A stretch of 64,000 nt of DNA, from positions 32,804,437 to 32,868,436 of the forward strand of contig NC_092672.1 in the NCBI RefSeq assembly GCF_964355755.1, read 5' to 3'. The position numbers and the translations under genes were made by a program. The stretch is from Antedon mediterranea (taxonomy: Eukaryota > Animalia > Echinodermata). Below the pieces are notes generated by a model, which worked only from the letters and a program-made list of their open reading frames with translations, had not been told where the DNA came from and made no database searches. The stretch's first letter is position 1. Every line of letters starts with the position of its first letter. Of this stretch, positions 38,001 to 50,000 are shown one piece after another.

Positions 38001-41000
38001 CTTTAAGTTTAAGCCTTGTCTACACTATCAAATGTTATCTGACTTAAAAATGTGATGCATCCATATATGGACATCATGATGTCATATCACTACCATATTT
38101 AGGAATATCACTCTACCATATTTTTGTGAAACTAGCTTGATAGTGTAGCTTTATATGATAGCTATTATGAACATTTACCAGGTCTTTTTTAATTGCGAAT
38201 GTAGCGTACGATAGTCCAAATTACATGCATGTCAAAAGCAGGTCTGATCTAAAAAAAAAGTCATTTTTTATTGCCAATTGTGACGTCATTCAGCGTTCTA
38301 CTTTAGTGGTTTAATTTGCATATTGGACACGTTTCATTGCACTCCTTTTGATTAACGGCAAAAATGGATTGATTCTTGTTTCTTGCAACCAAGTTGGTAA
38401 TCATGATAGTGCTGTAGAACTGCGCGTTATAATAATCATTGTATAGTGCTTATACTGTTGTATATCCACAGTTGCGTTTTAGTTGATTTATGGTAACTGT
38501 GCATTTATAATTTACATTTATATAGTTTAAGAATCACTTTAACAAGTACTAATATAATGATGAAGTCATAGCTGGGACGTAGTCAATAATTTATATCGTT
38601 ATGACATCATATTAAACAAAATGAGTTGATAATTAGCTTACTTACCCGGATAAACCAACCACTGCACATTTATATACGTATAAAGCAGAGACATAGTTTA
38701 ATAATCAGTTCAAGTACTACCCTGTAATATAATGTTGAAGTTATTATAGCAAGATAAATCAATAATTCATATCATTAGGACATTGTGCATTTTAAAATTA
38801 TCTAGTGCAGCTTATACCTGGATAAACCAATTGATACCATTGCACATTTATAATACATATAATATAAAGCACAAACATACTTTAGCAAGCTCTGTAATGT
38901 TGAAGAAATAGCTGGCATATAATCAATATTTCATATCATTAGGACATCAGTGCATATTATAATTATTTAGTGCAGCTAACTTACCCGGATAAACCAACTT
39001 TTGTCGTGGCGCATTTATATACATATAAAGGAGAGCAACCACTACTGTACTATAATATTATCATAGCAGGGATGTAATCAATAATATACATATAATTCAT
39101 ATCATTAGGACATAGTGCATTTTAGAATTATTCAGTGCAGCTAACTTTAATACTCGGATAAACCAACTTTTGCCATTGTGCATTATATACATATAAAGCA
39201 GAGCAAGCACTAAGTACTATAGTATAATATAATCATGACAGGGATGTAATCAATATTAATAATATACATATAATTCATATCATAATAGGACATCGGTGCA
39301 TTTTAGAATTATTTAGTGCATAACTTAGGCATACTTACCCGGATAAACCAACTTTTGCCATTGTGCATATATAAAGTAGAAACATACTTTTAGCAATTAG
39401 CTCTGTTAATATAATGTTGAAGTCACAGCAGGGATGCAGTGAATAATTCATATCATTAAGACATTTACTACAGTACTGTATATAATACAGTATCTATTTT
39501 AGTGCATTTAATAGTGCATGTTTACTAATACCTGGATAAAGCAAAATCATAAAAAATACTAATCTTTTAAAGAGAGGAGTCTAGAAATCACACCCCTTTA
39601 ATTAAATTTGGTACATCCCTGATAAAACATTAATCAACTATTTTCCAGTTTGTTGGATGTTATTTTACTCGCTATAAAAGATCACAATATCCAGTAATAA
39701 TTTGATAGTATTAAAGAAACATAAATTTATTTTCTTAGTAGATGATTGATTGTTTTATGTATTGTATTGTTTTAAACAATAAATCAAGCTTAAATATATT
39801 ACTAGTGGTACTAAAATGACAATGAAAATAGACATAACAATAAAACAAACCAATAATTGATTAAAAAAGCAGTAAAAATAGAAATAAACAAGATACTTGG
39901 GGTACAGCAAAAGAAGCTGTAATGACGTCATAAGACGGGATGTGACGTCATACAATAACCTCGCTACCAAATAGTTTAAATACGGCTATACGGTACCATC
40001 TTCGAGACGTCATATGGCTGCATGCGGTTTGAAATTTTAAAATCCGACTCTATAGCTTTGAGGAAATGTCCCTGTAGTACAGTATATTCATGCCAAATCC
40101 CAGCTCAATACTACAACGAATAAGGGAGGAGTAGTAGTTTATAAATCGCACTTTTTACTTAATAGTGTCGGATGGAAGAAGAGGAGAAGATGAGAGAGTC
40201 CTAGACTCGGGTACCCCAAGTAAAAACTGAAGAAATAATAAATGTACTGAAATAAGTTCCTCGGTACTAGTCAAAAACTTTGCCTGGCAACTTAATGTTT
40301 ACGTTAAGACATTGATAAATGAACGCAATGGTTTACTGCACTAGCATGAAGTTTTCTTTCGCTAAAAATGGCTGAAAAAAGTTTTTAGCTAATTGTTATT
40401 TTTTAGCCAAATTAAAATTCTTAAAAACTGCTATTTATGCGATATTTAAGAATTATTTCAGATGACCAAAATGAGCTTAATATTCTTTTGTCCATAAACA
40501 TTTAAAACATTAAATTAAATTGCCTCCAAGTTAAAATGTAGGCCCTAATCAGCCGGCACCTCACTCGCGATTTTGTCTCTCATTGTGGGAAAATACTCCA
40601 CCGATTGAATCGTTAGGGAGTCACCAGACATGTCATTATATTAGGTTAAACTACCTAACTACTAAAAAAAGTCTATCTGGATTTTTATGGCAGAATTTAT
40701 CCAAATTTTGCAATTTACCATTTTAAGGGAAATTCATGTTTGTCATGATACAGTATATGTTGCACATATTTGATTCATGTACAATTAACCAAATATTATA
40801 TTTAAATTTTATGCCTGTACCTGAGCTTTAAACATTGGAAACATAATATGTTGCATTTCGTGTATGCATCAAATTTAATTGATATACTGCAATGCTGCAG
40901 TAGCATATTTATTTTGACCTGGTTTTGTACAAATTGTAATGTTTTTGAAAAAAGCTATGCACAGGTGTGCTTGAAAATGTTTTAATATTATAATGAAGTA

Positions 41001-44000
41001 GAGAAATGGGCCTAATTACCATGTGTACAATTTCTCAAGTTTTAATCTAAAAGTTTTAATTGCCTTTTTTATGACGAAAAACTTAATATTGATATTTTTT
41101 TTTCTATTTCCATAGGGAGTGGTAATAGTACATTTTATCTTAACAATTTGGTAAGTAAATTTATGTTACTTTCAATTATACAGATTTTTCCACGTGCATT
41201 AAAAAACAATTTTTTATTCAAGCAAAGAGGAGCTCTGAAAAATAGTAATATTGCATTCACTAAGACATTTCCACCTCCCATAGGATCACCAAAAGATCTT
41301 TGTAATTTTGTTTTTAAAAAAAAGGTTTCTTTTTTGGCATTATTAATGTATTAGTGCATCAAACAACTATTACCGGTATGATTATTTTTTACAAAATCAT
41401 ATAAAACAATACAAATATTTCACAAATAAAAGATGATCAAAATTAGTTTGTTTTCAGTGTACACAAATAATATTATATAATTATTTTACGAACATTGAAA
41501 CTGGCAATCATAATACCTCACACACTTAAGCTAATGGCATGTCCTAAAACAAACCATAAACGAGGATATTTTGCAAATTAAACTACAAACCATTAAACGC
41601 ATCATAAGGTTAAAGTTGAAAGGTCAAATTGCCTATTTTGGGTTTGTAATCAATGGAAATATCTCAACAATGTTGACAATACTGTCAGTCTCGCAGAACG
41701 CAAACCTTTTTTATGATCTTCTTATTTTCTTGTAGATGCGTGAAATTGTGTAAGCATGTTTTGCGAAAGGAGAGGAATCAAAATAGTGTTATAAACAATG
41801 TATAATAAGTACGATGCCATTTTAACATTGATAAAATATATTGGAACTTTTGTTAATAAAGAAAAACCAAGTCACATAAAATCTTCTCCAAATACCGAAC
41901 ACCGTTAGACTAGCTCATATTGTGCTGTTTGCAAGTTAGAAAATGTCACATGCACAATCAACTCACCCAAAAGCATGTTGGGCTAGCCTATATCGGGAAA
42001 TTCTGCTGATACAATGATATGCAATCAACTTTCCCTATAGTACTTACTATAATTGACTAGTAAATTTGGGTGTTTTTTGGGTTTTTTTTTTTAATCGCCT
42101 AATTATATTAAACTCATAACAAAACAAATATATTACATCCCAATATACTGTACCATATTTGGTATTATTTAACAATTCTACTGTCTAGTAGTAATTTTTC
42201 GAAAACAAGAAATATAGTTATCAGGTATATATTCCCACCACTAACTTTTACTAGAGCCAGTATATCCTATAGGATTTGTATTAAGTCAGAATACATAATT
42301 CTAAACACGGGAGAATATTGTTAAATCTGATATCTTCTACTTGATTACATTGGGACTTTCAGTAGAATTCTTTTTCAACGATTATAATTTGCCTTATTCG
42401 GCTGGGAACGTCTATACTCAACAGAAAATGACAGAAACTGTTTAGAATTAACTGCATTTTTAATTGAATGGTAATTTATAGTTTTGCGAACATTGAATTA
42501 AAAAATATAATTATTATCCTCCTGAAAAAATTATTTAATCAATCAATCCGTTTTTGGTTGAATTTAACTGGTTATTCTGTCTTTTTTTTTATAATTGAAA
42601 ACATTATTTTTACATTAAGATTAACTTTATTATTATTTATATTATTTTCTAATATTAATCTTCATTTTTTCATGTTTTAGGGGAAACTATCTTTAAATTA
42701 ACAGAGATTGGAATGTACCAATTATTGAAAAATTATAAAATAAATGTAATTGTTTGTAATATTATATACCGTAAAACCTTGACATACTGTACAATATATT
42801 CATTAGTTCTTCTTAAATATATTTGAAAAGTTAACAACGCAATCAGGAGAAAAAAATCTATTTATATTTGACAGTTTAAAAGTATTTTATTCAGCATTAA
42901 GGTGTTGAGTGCGTTCTTAGACATTGTGGCTCGTTTTCTACTTACCTAGAATTTTTATTTTAGGAATAGATATTTTGAGGTTTGTAAATGTAAATGATAT
43001 TCTGGATCATCCTCACAGCAATTTATTCATTTTTCATCTCAAGTGATCCCAACTTTTCCATTGAAAAGCATTGTAAAGGCCAATTTACACAGACGACGGT
43101 AACAACAAGCGCAAAACCGCATAGCTTGTGTCCTGAGTGTGGAAACCGCTCGTCCGCTCAGAGTTCTGTGTAAATGATCATAAGGAATAACATAGATTCT
43201 ATATTTTTATTATCGTTACCACTCATCGGTGTAAATTGGCCTTAAGAGTGATGGCATTTTGGTGCTAGCCAAGTGTTTTCTACAGTATTAATTAGGCAAG
43301 TTGATTGTAATGTAATATAATCATTGTTAGAGATTTTTGCTTTCCTACTGTAATAGCCTTGTGTCCAAATTTAGTGTACTTGGGATTATAATTGGATTGC
43401 GTTTACAATAGAATGCACTAAAGTTTTTGAATATATAAGGGTGGGATTATACTTGGATTACGTTTACAATTAAATGTACTAAAGTTTTCAAATATATATG
43501 GGTGGGATTATACTTGAATTGCGTTTACAATAGAATGCACTAAAGTTTTCAAATATATAGGGGTGGGATTATACTTGGATTACGTTTACAATGAAATGTA
43601 CTAAAGTTTTCAAATATATAGGGATTATATTCGAGCGTGGTTTTTACTTGGTCATAGAGAGCTGTGCATTAAATAAAATGTAAAGCTAACAATTTGCCTG
43701 AATCTGCCACAAACCACTTTAAGAATCCAGTCATAGCTTGCTTTGCGTTATTAACTTAAACAAATCAATAAGTGTTTCAAAATGAGAGCGACGACGCATT
43801 ATACTTAACAACGTTTATAGGCGTGTTTATAACTGTGTTTTTTTCATGCGATTGTTGATACAACTAATGCATTACAAAGATAAACACCGATTGTGAAATT
43901 CTTTTGAAGAATATTGCACCGTGAGGTTTCGTATTTGGTTTAATTTTGTTCCAAGGCTCAGTTTCTATGCTCGTGATGAACTAATTAACTGTTCGCTGCA

Positions 44001-47000
44001 CTCTTCAACATTTCTCTGTGATTTCAAATGCTAATTATTTGATTAAACTAATTTATTATTCGCCATAGGCTCGTTAAAGCTATAAGTATTATAAATAATA
44101 TATATCGTAGTATTGAGAGGTAAAGTATGGGAATTTAGCTTGGGGCTTTACCTTGATAAATAAGGTTAAAATCCTATTTCATGCCTGTTAAGTTGTTTTA
44201 ATATATTTTACTGCAAAATCTTTAGTGAATAAATGTCTATAAATATTATTTATACTGTGATATAAAGTGACCCAGTTCATTTAAAATGAATTTTACTGCA
44301 AGGCAAAAACACAAATGAAAAAAAATAAACCTTTAATATGTAGATAAACTGTATACAATATTATATACAGTTTACTATACAATTTTATGTTTGTATTTTA
44401 ATTTCATATATTTAGGTACTGGAAAAAACATGACAACAAAATTAATTAAACATTAATCATCATCTACACAAAGAAAAAAACAAACAATTTTTATTACATT
44501 TATAAAAAGATACAAATAAAATATATATTTAACAAAAACCTGTCTTTTGACGGGCAAAATTGTCTTCTTTTTTTCTCTTTTTCAGGCAAATTATTTTTTT
44601 TTCGATTAGATTTTTAATCAAAATGAATATTTTGCTATGGCATATTTATAAAAACGCAGTGGCTGTATCTACGCCTATTCGTAGTTCCAAGCTAGATTTT
44701 ATATCTACGCCTAACCCGATCTGGCCGAAGTTAAAAACAAAAAAATATCCCTCTAGGAAAATGGTGAGGAAATATGATGGTCAATAAAGAAGATGGTGAG
44801 TAAAAAAAAAATTTAAAAAAGAAACGAAATACAAACAGTGAGTTTCGAATCGTACGCTACAGCATTACATTGCAAGACCCAAGCACTACCCATTCAGCCA
44901 TCTAACAGGCTTACATGCACCGATATCACATCACATTAGTATTTTATCAAAAGTCATACTTTAGGGTGCGCTATATAGGCGTTGGAATCTTGCTTGGATC
45001 TACGACTAGGCGTAGAATCAGTTCGTTAAAAAAATTGTTTTTTTCAAGGAGACAATACATCTTTAAATATACGGAATTACTTTGCATGAATTATTAATAT
45101 TAATTTACACTTTTTATATTATTATGACACAAAATTAGTATATGAAAAGCTAATAAATATTGTTATTAGTTAAAATTCTTAGGCATTTGTAATAATTATA
45201 TATAACAATAGTATTCCAATAAAAGCCATGGTATGATATTGTCGCATTGTATCGAGAAGAATAGAGAAAGCAAGATTTGAATGAATGACCCGACGACGGT
45301 TGCGTTAAGAATAGCCCAATCAATAACGTGAACGGATGTAATAGAAAAGTGTGATTCCGAGGCAAGATTATTGACTGTTGGCTCGCTTCATTTAAAATAC
45401 GAGGGTGATTAATATTCGCTACAACATAAAAATTAGATGTCTGAATAGAAACAAGCTTGTATTTCATGTGTGAAAATTACTAACAAATGAAAATAAATTT
45501 TATTTTAACTTGCTAATATTGCAAAATTTTTATTGGAACAAAATAAAACAGGGGTATGTTAACCATGGCATTTGTAGGCATGCAGCATACTGTATATCAA
45601 AACCACTAAGTGCTTTTAGATAAACATCCGGTCTAGTATTTTTGCTTAAGTTAAAATAGTTAAGAAGTGCTTAAGTGATAAACAAAGGCTTATCTATCAT
45701 ACAAGTTTTTTGTATCTTATTGAACAGACTTTGTCTTTTAAGTAAGAATTAAAAGATCATAAAAGTATTTGCCTATGTTGTTTGGAAACTGATATTTAAG
45801 CAAAATCTTAAAACAAGTTGGAAGCATGGTTTTTTATAAATTTGACCTTTCTTGAAGGAAAATGTTACATTGTGGCAAAAAGTGGCACAGGGAGTTTGCG
45901 TACTTTAAATATTATTATCTTTACAGGGGCGCACCAGGGGCTTGCGGTAGTGGTGGAAACTCCTATATTTTACAGTTCAAAAATGTTTTTTTTTACTTTG
46001 TTAAAAAAACAATCAGCTCACTGTTAGGAGATGATACTACTAAATAGTTTGGAAAAAAAAGTATGTTAAAAATTAACGTTGACACACAATATACATGATA
46101 TAAATAAAATAAAAAAAACTAATATAAAAACTACTTCATTTCACAAATAAAACTTGAAATAAATCCACAGATTGAAAATAATAAGAATTCTCCGGCATTA
46201 TGATATCTTGTGATTGTTTTTTGTTATTACGGATAACCCTAGGCATTGGGTTCATTTAGCAAATGAAAGAAATCTTTCTCGCATACACAACGTGATATGT
46301 ATTAAATCATTGATCTTCTTATGAAAATGTACATTCTCGTCGTAGAGAATGGCATGTGGCCTTGGTATTTTAATGAGAATAATGATACTGAACTGAAAGA
46401 ATACACAGTTTACACATCGAAATGTCAATGTTTATTGTAGTGTTCTGGATTGTTGTACTGTAACAATACGATTTATGAGACTATACACTCAAATGTCAAA
46501 TGTGAAAAGTGGCGTATCCAGGATTTTGTAATAGGACGGCCCTAGGCTAAACAAAATGTAAAATGCTGAACTTAAACCTGATGTTCTTTCTTTCTTTATT
46601 TATTTACCCATAAATATAAATTATAAACATTGTAACATACAAATAATGATAATTATATCAAGGAAAGGGCTAAAAAATAGTTTAAACTAATTTCAGGCCA
46701 TAAACAGGGAGGTGAAAAAAAATAATTTTTTTTTTCACCTCCCTGCCCTATAAACATTGAAATATTTGCATTGAAAAAATTATTACCCCCCTGTCTATGA
46801 TTAATTCATGATACAGTACAAAAAAAATGATAAATAGGTGGGATGGCTCCCTCATGAGGCTGCACTTTGCGAGCAATACCATTAGTCCGATAGGGGTGCT
46901 CAATAGAATTTTCTTCTTTTCTTTGTGTTGGAGAGAGAGGGCTATTGTCAGTTAATTGGCAGTCATAGACTACCAACACCATTGCTAGTTTGTGTAATTC

Positions 47001-50000
47001 AACTTCTGTATGTTTATTTCGTGCCAAGCGTACCTGGATAAACCGATATAGGCCTTTTCCACTTTGAGGAGTATGTGTTCTCCAGGTAAGCAGTAATCAA
47101 GACAACCACTTTTGTGCAGTTATTAATTTATGATTTAATAACTGTATGTCTGTATAACTGTATGACAATTCATAAAGAAAAGAATTACTATAAATAGATT
47201 AATATTGTTCTGTTTGTCTGTAGGCCCTTTAAGGAAAGAACTTATAATACACATATACAGTATTATATATAATATTCCTATTATTATCTTTAATGATCGA
47301 AATAAATTATATTCTATGTTTTTAGAAAAAATTATTAACACATCATTAATTTTATTGATGAAAAAAAAAAACTACATCAACATAAATCAGGTCGTCAAGG
47401 TTACCTAATCAACATACAGCTTTGACGGCCACTCTGTCAGCACACTAATTCTCATTGCAATTTTACTGCAAAAGCAACGACACATTTCTGCCTAACAAAA
47501 CCCAGTAGATTTATCAGAGTAGAAAATGTGAATAACGTGAGTCGAAAATAACTTGCAGATTACTCAACGCTTTCAAAGATTTCTGAGTAATTGCTCTCAC
47601 TGGACCTCACTTAGTATTCACGCTTGATTAAGCAATGTCATAATTAAAACTAGGATTTAGATGGACTTTGACATGAACATAGGCCTGGATATTTTATGCA
47701 AGAAACTGAGGCAGTGATTTTAATGCAAAATACAATTATCTGTATATTCGTTATATTTCATTATCATGAGTGGTTATATATAATGTCAATATCCCTGCCC
47801 TAATCTCAAGTGAAATATTTAAAAAAAAATAATTAAGAATTTCACTTAAGTGGTATAATTTAAAATGGAAAATCTTTTAAGTTAAGCCTAAGTGTGATTG
47901 GCAAATTATACAGTTATTGATATTTTAATAAATATATGAGAAAAAATTCATTCACACAGAAGGAAAATATTTGATTCACACATAACTTAACACCAAACTT
48001 CTAGTAAAATATGATTTGCTTAAGGTTATTATAATTTATCTGATTTACACAAACTTGATAATCTTTTTTTTTTGCAAAGAAAATTTGATAATTACAATCC
48101 TCAGGCATACATGTGCAAAATGTTTTAGTATGTCTACTACAAACCTTAATGGTTTTGTTATTGGTTTTTATCTTTGCAGGGCATCACAATGTGATTGGCT
48201 ATCACCAGCTTATCAATATATGAATCTTTTCCTATTAATTGTTGCATTGTGGGCCATAGGCACACCGTCTTCCATTGATAGTATTCAAATGGTAAGTTGG
48301 CTCTGTTCTATGATCCTACACCTACCAAGTATTGTGCAATAGTGAGTGACACTCTATTTGAGGTTCTCCCATGATCCCAGACACTCGAGTCTTGTTGTGA
48401 GTGAAACTCACACATTTCAGATTCCCATCTGTTCGATGATGATGATGATGATGATGATCAATGATTCCAGACTTACCAAGTCTCGCACATTGTGAGTGAG
48501 ACATTTGAGGTTCCCATCACGCACACAGTTTAACCAAACATACCCGTTCAAACTAACTCAACGACACTGGCACTATTGACCGGTCTTTACACAAACCACA
48601 CAATTTACATGCCACCTATACCCTAGCCCTACTATCGCATCAGACCAACTTGGCTTCTATATGAGTCGAAAGATAGGTCCATGGTTTTGGTTTCGTTTGA
48701 CAGGAGCCTTTGAAAATTCCTGTAGCCTGCACAAAGATTGTTCTTTTTGCGGCCACAGCACCTTTATTCTTCTGGTTACAGCACTGATCATGATCAGTTT
48801 TTTTTGGTGCCATAAGTTGACCCTAATAATTCTTTTTCAGCAGCAGTTTTCAATTTCTTTTCTTTTCTATATTCTTTACAGCTTCTGGTTCTACATGTTG
48901 TGAGCATCATTATGGAGGTTATATTAATCAGTGTTTATTTCCCAAAATATGAGGACTCTGGTAAGTATGGTAGGTCGGCCTACATGCATGCACGCTAGGA
49001 GAAAGGCAGACTAAGCTGCGGGCGTAACAGACAGTGTCTTATTAATGGATGGTGGATAGGCCTAGATGGATAAGATCTAGCAAAACATTCATTAAATTTA
49101 ATACAAATTTGTAAAATTGCTTTATCAATTTCTTTATTGTATTGTAATTTCCAACATTTATGTGAAAAGTGGGAGAGGAGGAGGGAGGGAGGCTACTGTT
49201 CTAAAAAGTTGGTACAGCCTGGAGGGGGTGGGATAGTGTTTTGATGCTCCTTGTTATCTGTACTTATTTAGATAAGATCCATCAAAACACACATCATAGA
49301 AGAACTGTACTAATTACACAGGCAATTATTCAAATGCCAGTGACCAGCGTACAGTACTATAATTATGTATGGACGATTTCCTTCTATCTATTACTAAACA
49401 TCTTGAAATTTATGCAAGGAAAATTATATCCAAATGCCGAGCAGTAATTGTCTCCATTTGGAATATGTTAAGCGGAAAAATAACATTCTGCAATTTATAG
49501 CCATGTTTGTATTTAAATTGCATTTTTTTCTTTTTCTTACTTCAGATGAATAATTAAATTCAATGATGAAAATGGTAAATTTATTATGTACATCAAGTTT
49601 TAAAAATTGTAATAAATTATAAAACTATAAATAAAAAAAACTATTATGCCAAAATGTGATAATAAGTGATTGATTATACCGTATATATTGAGAACCATAT
49701 TAAACATTAAAATCAAAGAAAAGACAATTCCCATGTACATTATTGAATTATGCTAATCAGTAACCAGTCATGCATGCATAATTAGATGTAATGCGCAGTG
49801 CATCTTGACAGTAGAAAAGGTCGAAGAACGATAAATTGGTTTCACAACGAGGTAAAAAATAAATCCCTGTGAAATCAATATAGTACTGTATGTATAGTCT
49901 TTGTAACTATAGATCCGTCAGATTATCTTTTAAGCCTTGTTTATTTGATACGGTACTTATATGATGAATAAGAAATATAAAGCTGCTCTTTAAAATATGC

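Noticed and set aside
38550-39542. Spliced-leader RNA or U1 snRNA gene array
   Set aside because: Only the CTTACC(C/T)GG motif matches. There is no Sm site or stem-loops downstream and the units are too degenerate.
46705-46745. Perfect hairpin cagggaggtgaaaaaaa...tttttttcacctccctg as a terminator or miRNA
   Set aside because: Eukaryotic intron context and mostly A/T homopolymer stem. More likely a retroelement 3'-end remnant.
48322-48504. His-run ORF
   Set aside because: Caused by a (GAT)n microsatellite in an AGTRAP intron.
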